From a virus (Duplodnaviria > Caudoviricetes): a stretch of DNA of 64,000 nt. The stretch spans positions 35,870-99,869 of the IMG/VR virus record IMGVR_UViG_3300012983_000037. One strand, 5' to 3'. Positions 21,801 to 33,695 of the stretch are shown here, in pieces. The notes under the pieces are model-generated. The model searched no databases. It was not told where the DNA came from and saw only the letters and a program-made list of their open reading frames with translations. A program made the position numbers and the translations under genes. Each line of letters starts with the position of its first letter. The stretch's first letter is position 1.

Positions 21801-24800
21801 CCAGGATATTCTTCCTCTATCTTAGGTTTATAAACCCTACCATCTTCTGTTACATAAGCACGATAATTATTATATTCAGGATCAGACTCTTCTAGTATTC
21901 TACCTACTTTAAAAGTACCATCCGGATTACAATAATCATCATACTCCAAATCAACTTCATCGCCAAACTTATCTGTAACTTTAAAAGCAAAAGGCATTAC
22001 TGCCTCACACTTTATAGGCATATCTGTTTCAGGATCAGTTTCAAACTGTAGTCCCTCATCCAAGTAGTTAAGAGTAATATTAGCTCCTAATGAAGATGCT
22101 TGTACAATATTACCTCCGTGAATCTTCTGCTTTGATACAGTAGACTTAAAAAGACTAATGATTGTAGCAAAAGTATCCCTTTGAAGCATTGGATCCCAGA
22201 ATGGGAGGTTTCTAGCCATTCTATCAATACTTGATAAATCACTTCTATCATTGTTAAGAATGTTCTTTGATAACTCCTTTAAAAGTCTATGAGGGTCTGA
22301 AATTAATCTTTTATACTCTTTATAACTTTTAAAGAAATTAGCACTTGTAAGAGCATTCCATAATGTAATAAGTTGTTTACCTGTAATTTTAACTTTTCTA
22401 CCTCCTAAGGTATATTCATATTCAGATTCTGCATTAATACCTCCAAGGATAATCTTTCTTCCTTGAGTACCTACAAGAGTAGGTGCAACAGAATGGTCAG
22501 GAACATTAGTCTGAATTAAATATGTCTTTAAAGGACATTCATGAATAACTCCACTAAAGACTCTATTTATCTCATTACCTTTGTCATCTACTCCTACAGT
22601 TGTATAAGAAGTAATAGCTTTTCCTCTAGTATCTGTAGCTATCTGAGCATTAAGCATATCAATAAGTGGTATAGCCCCACCCTCTGATGTAGATAGATTT
22701 TCTACAGCCCTTGATTTAAACTCTTTAGATCTTCTTTGTTCGCCTCTTGTAGGATTATCGACATAGTTACCATTCTCATCAACTCCTGGGATAATATTAC
22801 CCTCAGCATCAATATACTGACCACTTGAATTGACTTTATATTGAATATCAATCTCACCAAACACTCCTTTCTTTCCACACTTATCTGAACATATCATATC
22901 AATTCCATGCTCTTCCATAAACTGTCCCATAACTCTTAGTGCACTTCCCTTAGGGTATAATGCAGGAATTATAGGAATTTCAGCATACTTGTGTTGGAAT
23001 GGGATTGCAGCAGACTTACCTGTTGAACCATCAGTAGAGAATTGTTCAATTCCATTACATACAGGTTTTCTAGGTTGAAATACTACTGCTAATTCAGCAA
23101 GTTGAGCTACTTTAGCTGCAAGTTTTCCTTCAACTATTTCTTTCTTTCTATATGCTTCTCTATTATCTTCTAAGCTTCCTTCTTTAAGTGTAAACTTCTC
23201 AAAACTCTCAAGCTCTTTCTCTATAGCATAGATTTCTTCAGAGATTTTTTGTACTTCATGATAAGCATCTTCCATCTCTTGAGTCCAGACCTTACCACAG
23301 AATGATAAGCCTATCTTTCTCCAAGAAGAAAAGCTTCTCCAACCCTGACCATCAGATATAGTATTTTGTTTATATACACCTTTATAATCATAATCAGTAC
23401 CTTCAAATATCTTAGAAAGCATATCTTCATCCTGCTCAGAAAGAGCAGGTTTAATGTCATAAACATATACAACCTTTTGTTTAGGGTTTGAAGGGTCTTC
23501 CCATACAGGATTCATAGTCTTAGGATCAATAGCATCAGTAACAAGTTGAATACCATTTGTTAACTCTACCTTATTTCTCTTCTGCTGTTCTTTAGAATTA
23601 GCAAAGAACTTTGGTGAAATATCAACAATAGCAGTCTGATTCATTTGGGAGAATCTAAAGTTAAAATAAAAATCTCTCATTTTAGCTTTAAACGAATCTC
23701 TTAACTCAGGACTTATAGATAACTCCTCATCAGTATAAGATTCTATACCTTTACCAGAGATGTTAAATGTACCACTACTAATACCTAATTCTGCAAGTCT
23801 TACTTCATAGAAGTACTCAAATTCAGAATTTAGACACTCTCTAATCAAATCTTTAATTAGATTTTCGTCATAAGAGTCAGCAACTTCATCTAATCTCTTA
23901 GCCCAATAACCTGGTTCAGAAGGTTTCCATACACCATCTTCTTTTATATGAGTTCTAAAGTTAGGATTGAAGAATCCACAGAATCCCATAAAATTAGGGT
24001 TCTTAGTGAATGTTTCTTTACCATTACCGCTAACAGGTAATCCCATATTATTAAGCTCAGTAGCCTTAAGGGATGTTCCTTTATCTACAGCGTAGAAGTC
24101 AAATATACCATCAATAATCTCATTAATATCATAATGGAGAGATGTTACACCTCTAAGTGCTAAAGTATCACCAGTAATGAATGTAGGAATCATTATAGTT
24201 CTAATTCTTTCACTATCAAGAATAATACCATCACTATCTTTATAGCTAGCTTTTGATGAATTCCTAACATAATAGTGAGTATTTTTACTTTCTTCTCCTA
24301 TGAATCCAGCTATTTCAGAAGCATCGTCAACAAAGACTACTTTACTTCCTGTGTAGAGGTTATTAAAATACATAGAAAGTATAGAAAGCATATGACCTTT
24401 ATCAGAAATGTTCTCAAAATCTATATTATCCATTCCTAGATTTCTAGACACTCTAAACCTCCTTCTAAAAGATCTTCCAGAATCAAGATTTAGAGAATCA
24501 TATAGATCTTGAATCCATCTAACTTTAAATCTATAATTGTATATAGGGTTACCAGACTCGTCAACATCTTCAGTAATCTCACATAATGAAGAATCACCAG
24601 CATAGGTATCAATAAGAATCTGCTTTAATGTTTCAGCATCTGAAAAGTTACACTCCTTAATAAACTGAGTAAGCTGTGACATTTGAACATTAGCAGAAAG
24701 TGTTTTTGTCTTCTCGCCTGAATATGTTACCATACCTGAAAGTCCTGCTCCATACTCATCAGTAGCTTCTACAATTTCTAGGATTCTTGTAAATGCTAAC

Positions 24801-26491
24801 CTGCCTTTGTTTAATTCACCATCTTCAGATTCCTGGAAAAGTGATATAGCAGGTCTGTCTTTTCTACCATAATCATTTAAGAATTTACCTAAATCCTTCA
24901 AAGATTCAAGTAAAGTATGAAGCTGCAAAGAATCAACAACAATAGATTGGATTTCATTATCATTCTTCTGTATTCCAAAGTATTGAAGAAGATGGTCAAC
25001 AGCACGAATCTTCTGCTCTGTACTCTTCTTATTAACAAAGTCAGTAATTGTAACTATAGAATTATCTTCTCCTCTTAGAATCAGTCTAACAAAGTCATTG
25101 TTAAATGATGCAATGTTCTTTCTGTTAGGTACTAACATTCCTTTTTCCTCAGATGGTACAAAAACATTTGTATTCACCTCTTTCGGTCCGAAATCTTTTC
25201 TAGCCATCCTAGAAAGAAAAGAAGATACTCTTCTAGCGTTTCCTGATGCATTGAGATGGATCTCTGAAAATGTACCATCTTTATGTGACTCTGTATAGTA
25301 ATAGTGAAGATAGTATCTTTTAAATGCAGTCATAAAAGTAGTCTGAACCATAGGTCTTTTAAGAAGCTCATCATACAACTCTGCATATCTAGGGTCTTCA
25401 CTTAATTTACTCATCATATCACTAAGAGTGACACAACTATTAATAAGTCTAAGAAGTCTTCTAGCCTCAACTCTAGGATTTACAGTAATAGGAAAATAGT
25501 CAGTAACAATATTACCATTAGCATCTTTAACTTCTGTAGTTAAAAGCATTGACTTCCTCTTAGGAACTTCTCTATGTCTGTATTTTATCTTACCATCTTC
25601 TTCATATACTTCATTAACAGCTTTTGTATCAGGAATTTGACCTAAGATATTATTAATAATAGATGAAAGTGAACCAGAAGGGTCAATAGAATCCATCATA
25701 ATAGTCCATCTTTCTCTCTCTTCAGTTTCAAAGTCTATTTCAGTTTCCTCATCAACATGTATACTATCCTCATCATCTTCCTTATATACAATATTACTTT
25801 CTGGATTAAAGGTTCTTCCAAAAAGTTTCTTAATTTCAGCACTGTTTATAATACAAAGCTCTGTGAAGAATCCTGGATTAGAAGCTCTATCATCAGGATC
25901 TCCTAAAATTCTATATAGGAAATCTAACTTCTGTTGAAGCTCCTCCATACTCTCCTCTATATCATCATAACCAGCCTCTTTATCAGCTATATCTGCAAGA
26001 GTGTTAGCGAGTGCATCAGTATACACTTGTCTGATATATGAGAAAAGTCTGCTTATAGTGTACTTATCAATAAGTTCACCACCAGTCCATCCTTTATCAG
26101 CTGCTAACTGTCTTAAGATTCCTACAAATTCACATTTGAAGGATTCTCGTTCTTCAGAAGAAAAGAATTGAGTAGTAACTGCATAAGCATATGCAGCTTT
26201 AGATCCTAAAGCCTCTCTTAGACTATCAAAGTCTTCCGCTGAGTCAACTCTAGCTCTATTAAATTCATTAATGAATATAGAAAGCCTTTTACCCATTATG
26301 TTTAGGTACTCACTTTTTTGTGCCTCGTTTAGACTAAAGTAATAGTCGTCACTAATTATAGGATTACCTAACCTAGTAGCCTCTTCGTTAAAAGCTTCAA
26401 TATATACATTAATACCTCTGTCTGTTAAGCCCATAGCATTTGCAAGCGGTTTACAAATTCTGAACACTGGGCATCCTGCTTTAGTACTCAT
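18818..26491 (-). CDS. crAss-like virion RNA polymerase (single-chain, double-psi beta-barrel type)
   Basis: 2557 aa; AYRIPTE and catalytic GFDFDIDKL (DxDxD) motifs, SDGQG, LAASVDAVKEP. Confidence 0.9.
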   Translation of the reverse strand: MSTKAGCPVFRICKPLANAMGLTDRGINVYIEAFNEEATRLGNPIISDDYYFSLNEAQKSEYLNIMGKRLSIFINEFNRARVDSAEDFDSLREALGSKAAYAYAVTTQFFSSEERESFKCEFVGILRQLAADKGWTGGELIDKYTISRLFSYIRQVYTDALANTLADIADKEAGYDDIEESMEELQQKLDFLYRILGDPDDRASNPGFFTELCIINSAEIKKLFGRTFNPESNIVYKEDDEDSIHVDEETEIDFETEERERWTIMMDSIDPSGSLSSIINNILGQIPDTKAVNEVYEEDGKIKYRHREVPKRKSMLLTTEVKDANGNIVTDYFPITVNPRVEARRLLRLINSCVTLSDMMSKLSEDPRYAELYDELLKRPMVQTTFMTAFKRYYLHYYYTESHKDGTFSEIHLNASGNARRVSSFLSRMARKDFGPKEVNTNVFVPSEEKGMLVPNRKNIASFNNDFVRLILRGEDNSIVTITDFVNKKSTEQKIRAVDHLLQYFGIQKNDNEIQSIVVDSLQLHTLLESLKDLGKFLNDYGRKDRPAISLFQESEDGELNKGRLAFTRILEIVEATDEYGAGLSGMVTYSGEKTKTLSANVQMSQLTQFIKECNFSDAETLKQILIDTYAGDSSLCEITEDVDESGNPIYNYRFKVRWIQDLYDSLNLDSGRSFRRRFRVSRNLGMDNIDFENISDKGHMLSILSMYFNNLYTGSKVVFVDDASEIAGFIGEESKNTHYYVRNSSKASYKDSDGIILDSERIRTIMIPTFITGDTLALRGVTSLHYDINEIIDGIFDFYAVDKGTSLKATELNNMGLPVSGNGKETFTKNPNFMGFCGFFNPNFRTHIKEDGVWKPSEPGYWAKRLDEVADSYDENLIKDLIRECLNSEFEYFYEVRLAELGISSGTFNISGKGIESYTDEELSISPELRDSFKAKMRDFYFNFRFSQMNQTAIVDISPKFFANSKEQQKRNKVELTNGIQLVTDAIDPKTMNPVWEDPSNPKQKVVYVYDIKPALSEQDEDMLSKIFEGTDYDYKGVYKQNTISDGQGWRSFSSWRKIGLSFCGKVWTQEMEDAYHEVQKISEEIYAIEKELESFEKFTLKEGSLEDNREAYRKKEIVEGKLAAKVAQLAELAVVFQPRKPVCNGIEQFSTDGSTGKSAAIPFQHKYAEIPIIPALYPKGSALRVMGQFMEEHGIDMICSDKCGKKGVFGEIDIQYKVNSSGQYIDAEGNIIPGVDENGNYVDNPTRGEQRRSKEFKSRAVENLSTSEGGAIPLIDMLNAQIATDTRGKAITSYTTVGVDDKGNEINRVFSGVIHECPLKTYLIQTNVPDHSVAPTLVGTQGRKIILGGINAESEYEYTLGGRKVKITGKQLITLWNALTSANFFKSYKEYKRLISDPHRLLKELSKNILNNDRSDLSSIDRMARNLPFWDPMLQRDTFATIISLFKSTVSKQKIHGGNIVQASSLGANITLNYLDEGLQFETDPETDMPIKCEAVMPFAFKVTDKFGDEVDLEYDDYCNPDGTFKVGRILEESDPEYNNYRAYVTEDGRVYKPKIEEEYPGILELVAYRIPTEREYSMLNLRIKRCCPKSGANYIQLPNICTTRAGFDFDIDKLYLVRRSFDSTISEYDTKKVWDKVFEENPEWASILTELRDTAPTEYLEGLKSKYEKRGLEIPKVIPLNMFWDRAVKLGKIKENKNDVFSRYADESTIKSTKFTVLDAFNADGSINFEKVFSGDVQKSDIDNLILDIMQARLSDPETAQSRFTAGGFEDTIIDAKFATIIQELDSDSPQVDNSSHTVDLSELSKKSVIETTPETSENLLFDDPYTSIAYNKLNQAAGKLIGIFANASANYFIQSKLKSMRMVGPRAIVFGSKVVKDGDVYKAVDENAGRDMLVVESMGKTTSQRLAELLAASVDAVKEPVLAYLNLNTVTADAAVVLVRMGYDTKDIGLLFNQPIIKEATTLMERDGITSLYTALDIVLKSHGMESMSKLTGKKAKPVNLKHMTREALAYNITKAAGSTEHYKTSQSEVVKVFYELMKVKEDFAALVQESRNTSSNSVKTDIGSHFADADRRQSHRVKDSSIAITVSDEYSGDVMPRVKMQIDSLEDRQGLFEMFADHPYAFEVIMYNLTADMFDTLIDQYTPFHEKTFSDAFATARLWSRYGSVSKDVYNDMASEITRLIIKDLNGDFNPFAEVDGITNFDRYVRGFDQFVEALSEDDLTALKRTELFNNIKISTVTEYTIDEDGRRTPHEYEVYNLSIPFNLTKEQKATIYNEWQTLFNAEYENEYGEVVKNVALQNFAKALFLHMYYLNGLSQSSNFSLSSVPMNVLEACLVDYTTGIGYIKFMDELRVESDETTSISKIMEGVNIFNVFGEFIKQHTDNSNYVFKVTEATKSLFVPTESTEKNVVTVGKDGLKLIVKTIKDGGGDRRIAMPYITIDGRLYELQGFKGGQNEYSCDVGKRTSLIYEEVINNIDSKVAAFSDVITKGSGGYIYGDVKSSGSAFSVSEVYTDDHIGEVEDESSEPTGPSSVFERLRRTTDIEKKSKEKGVC

Positions 26492-26525
26492 AAAATATTT
26501 TTAATGTATGTTGTAAATAATGTGG

Positions 26526-26557
26526 CAAATTTATCAATTGTTTTTTATAAAAACAAG
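26526..26557 (-). promoter_or_regulatory. Bacteroidota housekeeping-sigma type promoter (-33 CTTG / -7 TAAATTTG)
   Basis: Minus strand CTTG-N20-TAAATTTG upstream of RNAP ATG; same layout as the promoter at 1921. Confidence 0.7.
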
Positions 26558-26576
26558 GTTTTAAATGATTTTTTTA

Positions 26577-26603
26577 AGGGAGGATTATCTTTTAATCCTC
26601 CCT
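26577..26603. other. Intergenic hairpin after thyX
   Basis: AGGGAGGATTA/TAATCCTCCCT inverted repeat with no clear U-tail. Confidence 0.5.
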
Positions 26604-26632
26604 AATAAATAAATTATTTGGTAATTAAGATT

Positions 26633-27496
26633 TTAGTTCTCATTACTTTCCTCAGGCATATCAAGATAACCTCTTTCGATAAATTCCTTATAAAGAGGAA
26701 GAGCAACTTTCTTAATATCTGGATGAGGTGCTCCTGTAGTTCCTAGTGCTCTAAGGTCAAAGAAGTGCTGCCAGTCATCAACAAATGCTGTAATAATTAA
26801 CTCTGTTTTAACACCTGTTGGTAAGAAATATCTAGCCTCTTGAGCTATATATCCTTTGTTAAGCCATTTAAAATAAATATCTTCAAACAACTTAACATCT
26901 TCTTCAAACTCCTCTTGGTCTTCTGGTTTAATCCAATCAGGTTGAATGAAAGTAACAGATGCTCCAAACTTCTCTTTAAGATAATTACAATATCTAGTAG
27001 ACTCTTGAGCAAAAGACATAACCTTATGTCTTACAGCTTCATGAGATACTCCTCTATCAATTGTAAATCTAACAGTAATTCTAGCATTCTCCTCTTCTTT
27101 AGTAGGGATATACCACCATCTCTTCATAAATTCTTGTAGATTATTCTCAACAATAACTCTGAAGTTAGTGACAATAATAAGGTAAGGCTTATCCTCTCTA
27201 ATAATCTCATACCACCTAGTCCATATATGCATAGAAATAAGTAAACTAACTACTTCACTTACTTCCTTATTATTATGAACTCTATCAGCAGGAATGCCTA
27301 AGTAGACAGTTCCATGCTCTAACATAGCATTATGCTGAGATTTAATCATCCTTTCTACAAATCCAGCTGCTACATCATTTGTAATCTCCTTCTCTGTTTT
27401 GTAGCAAGTATATCCACACTCTGTAATATGTTTCATCATACTTGCAATACTCCTATTAGGAGTAATAATCTTATAATCTGAACTAACTAATTTCAT
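26633..27496 (-). CDS. thyX: FAD-dependent thymidylate synthase
   Basis: HNAMLEH, SHEAVRHKVMSFAQESTRY ThyX signature, QEARYFLP. Confidence 0.92.
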   Translation of the reverse strand: MKLVSSDYKIITPNRSIASMMKHITECGYTCYKTEKEITNDVAAGFVERMIKSQHNAMLEHGTVYLGIPADRVHNNKEVSEVVSLLISMHIWTRWYEIIREDKPYLIIVTNFRVIVENNLQEFMKRWWYIPTKEEENARITVRFTIDRGVSHEAVRHKVMSFAQESTRYCNYLKEKFGASVTFIQPDWIKPEDQEEFEEDVKLFEDIYFKWLNKGYIAQEARYFLPTGVKTELIITAFVDDWQHFFDLRALGTTGAPHPDIKKVALPLYKEFIERGYLDMPEESNEN

Positions 27497-27497
27497 A

Positions 27498-27647
27498 CTA
27501 TTTCAATGGTACACAATCAATTATATCTTCAATATCCCAGTATTCGTCTTTTACATACTCAATTGCATCTGACTTTGATGGTGCTGAGCACCATACATTA
27601 GTAATGTCACCATCTTCATCTCTGTAAGTTACTTTCCACTTTTTCAT
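27498..27647 (-). CDS. Small hypothetical protein (49 aa, not in ORF track)
   Basis: MKKWKVTYRDEDGDITNVWCSAPSKSDAIEYVKDEYWDIEDIIDCVPLK; ATGA overlap with upstream gene, fills the gap exactly. Confidence 0.75.
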   Translation of the reverse strand: MKKWKVTYRDEDGDITNVWCSAPSKSDAIEYVKDEYWDIEDIIDCVPLK

Positions 27648-27948
27648 AATCGTACTTGTTTAAATTTTGATTCATATACTCTTTGTCTAAGACTTGGTTT
27701 AAGTGTAATAATATATCCTTTAGGATTATCTTCACTAAATCTTATATTTTCTACTTTATAAGGAGTAGACTGTAGTATTGAACCTACCTTAATCATAGGT
27801 CCTCCTGAAAGATCTAGTGCTATTATACTATCACCATTCTTAATAACTCTTAAAGAGTTCTTAGTATGCAGCACATAATCATTATCTTTATACAGGATTA
27901 ATTTATGTGCTATATTATAAGAACCTCTTAATAATATGATTTTTCTCA

Positions 27949-27949
<1 letters not shown>
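27644..27949 (-). CDS. Hypothetical protein
   Basis: 101 aa, tightly packed in operon. Confidence 0.6.
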
Positions 27950-30009
<2,060 letters not shown>

Positions 30010-30010
30010 A

Positions 30011-30298
30011 TTATACTTGTTTTACCTCAAAATTATTAACTTTCTTAAATTTTCTCCACAAAGAACTAAAATCTACATGATCCCCATAATGAGTTCTAAG
30101 TTCTCTATTGAATTTCCAACGCATATCGTTGTAAAATCTTCTAATTGCATCTTCCTTAGTTTCATGGAATATTATATGAGAATCTGTAATATAGATTCTA
30201 CCATTTAAAAGTATAACCCATCCTTTTAAAGCATCCTCCATAGAAGAGGTGTAGCTATTAGCTACTTGCTTAAGAAATTCACTTTCCATAATTCTCAA
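30011..30298 (-). CDS. Hypothetical protein
   Basis: 95 aa ORF in operon. Confidence 0.55.
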   Translation of the reverse strand: MRIMESEFLKQVANSYTSSMEDALKGWVILLNGRIYITDSHIIFHETKEDAIRRFYNDMRWKFNRELRTHYGDHVDFSSLWRKFKKVNNFEVKQV

Positions 30299-30527
30299 TA
30301 ATATTATTCAAATCTGAAGAAGTTAATCCTCCAATGTGGGTATGAACTAAGTTATTATCATCATCAAAGAATTGAATGTGAGGAATCCTACTTATCTTCA
30401 ATTCTGCTGCTACATCAGGATTATTGTCAATATCAACATCCTCAAAAGGCAATCCACTTTTCTTTAATGTTTCTGTAGCTAATCTACAAGGTCCACACCA
30501 AGATGAACCATATTTCACAATTTTCAT
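30279..30527 (-). CDS. Thioredoxin/glutaredoxin-like protein
   Basis: WCGPC active site, SRIP cis-Pro motif. Confidence 0.9.
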   Translation of the reverse strand: MKIVKYGSSWCGPCRLATETLKKSGLPFEDVDIDNNPDVAAELKISRIPHIQFFDDDNNLVHTHIGGLTSSDLNNIIENYGK

Positions 30528-30548
30528 ACTGTTTTGTTTTTTTTTATT

Positions 30549-32693
30549 TTAATGTATCCAATGATTACCTACTGCACCTTCTGCAGGTATAGGTAATGAT
30601 TTGCAGAATTTTGCAGCACTCTCCTCCATAGTTTTTTCTAATATAGAAGGAAATTCTTTCATATTTTCAGGATATTCAGCAACTATTTCATCATGAACAC
30701 TACAGCAAATCTTTACTATGTCAAATAGATTATTATCCACTATCCAATTAAATAAAGATGTCATAGCATCCTTCATAATAATAGCACCAGTACCTTGAGT
30801 TACCACATTTCGAGCATCTCTATCATACTTAGCTGCTGCTTGGAAATGCTCTCTTACTTCCATAGCAATAGCATCACCAGTACCTTTATGTTTTTCTCTA
30901 TATATATCCCAGAAACCAGGTTCATTAAACCTCTTCTGTCTTTTAAGCCATTCTTTATGGTCCCACCAATACTTTTTATGTCCTGTAATAGGGCATATAA
31001 GTATATATCCATTATTTCTAACAAATTTAGAACCTTCTTTAGCAAACTTAGATACACCAGAGAAACCCCTTTCTAGGTTTTTAATATATTCTTCTGCCTG
31101 TGGTATAGTACATCCAGCAGATTGTGCAATAGTAGGTGCTGCTGCACCAAACATCCAAGCAAATTCAACAGCTTTAACTGCTTTTCTCCATTGAGGAGCT
31201 TTCTTTTTAACATCTGCTACACAAGTACATCCTAATTCCATACATTCCTTTCTAAACACCATCCAAGCAAATAGACTATGCATATCACCAGAGCCATAAA
31301 GAAATTCTTTAAGCATTTCTTGATCTTCATAGATATCTGCTCCAAGTCTAGATTCTTCAGCACTGAAGTCTGCAGAGACCATTATATTACCCTTATTAGG
31401 AATAAAACAACTTCTAGTTATTTCATCAGAAGGTAATTGCTGTAGATTAGGATACTTTACTCTACTAGCTGGTATTTTCTTAAGTTGAGCCAAGTCAGTG
31501 TTCATATTATCACTTCCACAAGAAAGTCTACCTGATGAAGCTCCTAATTGTTTAAATGTAGTATGGATTCTACCTGTCTTTGGATTGACACAATCAAGAT
31601 GACCTTGACCAAAAGAAGATACTACTTTAGCATACTCTTGATAATCAAAATAAAGTTTAAGGAATTCATCATTAATTCCCTTCTGTGCTTTAAGATGCTT
31701 CTCAAGAACACTATCCTTATCTTTACCAGTCTTTTTATCTTGAACTTTAGTATCAAATCCTAATAATTGAGCTACTTTAATTACTTGTTTAGAACTTGAC
31801 CAATTTATATTAACTCTAGGAGTTAAATCAAATCCATCAAATAAAGAACCTTGTCTTTCTATGTAAGTAAATTGTTGTAGCACAGGAGTTCTAACAGTAA
31901 ACTCATTTAAAGCCTTTTCTGCCTTATCAAGGTTACTAATATCCATCTTCATCTTTTCTTTCCATTTATCTTCATCAAGTTTAATTCCACACCACTCTAG
32001 ATATGATATAGATGGTATAAAATCACACTCTAATTTAGCCCCAACTACACACCCCTTTTTAGTACATTCTTCAAATTGCTTTTCGACAATGTCTTCAAGA
32101 TACATTACATCTCCTGCAGCATATTTGATAACCTCAGTATCTAAACCTCTCCAAATAATTTCTCCTCGAATTGATTTGTCAATATCTATACCTAGATATT
32201 TATAAGCAACTGCCCATAAAGAGAAACTTAATTCATAGTGTTCAAATCCATAATCATCTATTACAATTTTATACGGAAATGTAAACTCACCTTCATTGTA
32301 GAATGTAGGAGTAATGGTTGTATATGGAAATCCTAAATATAACAACTGCTCAACAACCATAGTGTCATATACCTTACGAGGTATTATATTATAATTGTAA
32401 AGAAATTGTAAATCAAACTTAAGATTATGACCTATAATATAATTATCTTCTAAGATATTTTTATACCTTCTTATATCCACAGTAGTACAATCAACCACTA
32501 CTTGAGTATTTGCCGCTTTATTACCAAACTGTGCACATAATAAGTCACATACTCTTGCATCTCTTCCAGTAGTCTCAGAGTCATATTGAATAATGTCCCA
32601 AGAAGAGATCATTTCAATAGAATCTTCTACTGAAATAATCTCATACTCAGGATTATCATATAACTCTAGTTGGTTGGTAACTAGGTATATCAT
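30549..32693 (-). CDS. polA: Family A DNA polymerase with 3'-5' exonuclease
   Basis: Exo DSETTG/HNLKFD/YAAGD; SGRLS, PNLQQLP, motif A DFSAEESR, motif C VHDE. Confidence 0.93.
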   Translation of the reverse strand: MIYLVTNQLELYDNPEYEIISVEDSIEMISSWDIIQYDSETTGRDARVCDLLCAQFGNKAANTQVVVDCTTVDIRRYKNILEDNYIIGHNLKFDLQFLYNYNIIPRKVYDTMVVEQLLYLGFPYTTITPTFYNEGEFTFPYKIVIDDYGFEHYELSFSLWAVAYKYLGIDIDKSIRGEIIWRGLDTEVIKYAAGDVMYLEDIVEKQFEECTKKGCVVGAKLECDFIPSISYLEWCGIKLDEDKWKEKMKMDISNLDKAEKALNEFTVRTPVLQQFTYIERQGSLFDGFDLTPRVNINWSSSKQVIKVAQLLGFDTKVQDKKTGKDKDSVLEKHLKAQKGINDEFLKLYFDYQEYAKVVSSFGQGHLDCVNPKTGRIHTTFKQLGASSGRLSCGSDNMNTDLAQLKKIPASRVKYPNLQQLPSDEITRSCFIPNKGNIMVSADFSAEESRLGADIYEDQEMLKEFLYGSGDMHSLFAWMVFRKECMELGCTCVADVKKKAPQWRKAVKAVEFAWMFGAAAPTIAQSAGCTIPQAEEYIKNLERGFSGVSKFAKEGSKFVRNNGYILICPITGHKKYWWDHKEWLKRQKRFNEPGFWDIYREKHKGTGDAIAMEVREHFQAAAKYDRDARNVVTQGTGAIIMKDAMTSLFNWIVDNNLFDIVKICCSVHDEIVAEYPENMKEFPSILEKTMEESAAKFCKSLPIPAEGAVGNHWIH

Positions 32694-32695
32694 TT

Positions 32696-33175
32696 TTAGT
32701 AGACTTTAAGCTTATTAAAATCTATTACAAGGCCTGCAGCTTTACAAAACTTAGACCCTAAAATACCATGAATTCTAACTTTGTCTTTAGTATAAATCTC
32801 ATTAAATTGAGCACTTAAATCCATAGCAACAAATTTACAATGAATAATATTATCACCATCATTAAGTGCCATTCTAATAATATTTCTTTGATTTACTCCG
32901 CTAGAATCTACAGTACTTGCTTTCTTTTTAGTATCAGTATAGTGAAGATATTTAAGTTCTTTTGAATTAATTACACAGCAATCGCTTCCTGTGTCTAATA
33001 AGAAGTTTAACTGCTTAGAATCATTATATAATGATATTACAGGTAAACCTGTCTTATTAAAAGTTTCTTCAAATGAGATGGATTTCATATCCTTAATAAT
33101 TTTCTTGAATAATAAGTATCCAACTAAAATAGTAAGAATAACCCATCCCGATATAAACAATACCTTCCCTAACAT
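32696..33175 (-). CDS. Membrane-anchored retropepsin-like aspartyl protease
   Basis: N-terminal TM helix, FLLDTGS and HGILG motifs. Confidence 0.8.
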   Translation of the reverse strand: MLGKVLFISGWVILTILVGYLLFKKIIKDMKSISFEETFNKTGLPVISLYNDSKQLNFLLDTGSDCCVINSKELKYLHYTDTKKKASTVDSSGVNQRNIIRMALNDGDNIIHCKFVAMDLSAQFNEIYTKDKVRIHGILGSKFCKAAGLVIDFNKLKVY

Positions 33176-33176
33176 A

Positions 33177-33695
33177 TTACTTATCTCCAGTACTTCCTAA
33201 TCCACCTCTATCTGGAGCATCAAGATTCTCCACATACTCTATCTCAACACCTGAAGATAAAAAGAACTTAAGTTTCTGCCAGAATGTAGCTTTCTGAGAA
33301 GGCTGTATTCTAAACTGAGCAATAGATGTACCCTTTGGAATATGTACATCCCTCATTGCAATAGCAGGAAAATGCCATTCATCTCCATTACCTTGATATG
33401 TATGATCAATTACACCCTGACTGTTAGCAAGAATGATACCCCACTTTCTAGGAGTGCTACTCCTTGGCAAGCAAACTGCCTCACATCCTGATGGCAACTT
33501 CATAGCAACACCGAGTGGAATCTGCTGATAGTTAAACTCTACATCTCTCTTAGTTCTATTACCATTAAGTGTATTTGCAAAAGGACCTTCCATGAAGACA
33601 TCCTCTTTACACTTCAAGTCAAACCAATCTCCCTGCTCCTTGAGTTCAAGTGGCTCTGCACCCTCAAAAAGCTTAATTTGAATCTTTAATTTCAT
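33177..33695 (-). CDS. dut: Trimeric dUTPase
   Basis: PRSS, GVIDHTYQG, AQF, RGGLGSTG motifs. Confidence 0.93.
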   Translation of the reverse strand: MKLKIQIKLFEGAEPLELKEQGDWFDLKCKEDVFMEGPFANTLNGNRTKRDVEFNYQQIPLGVAMKLPSGCEAVCLPRSSTPRKWGIILANSQGVIDHTYQGNGDEWHFPAIAMRDVHIPKGTSIAQFRIQPSQKATFWQKLKFFLSSGVEIEYVENLDAPDRGGLGSTGDK

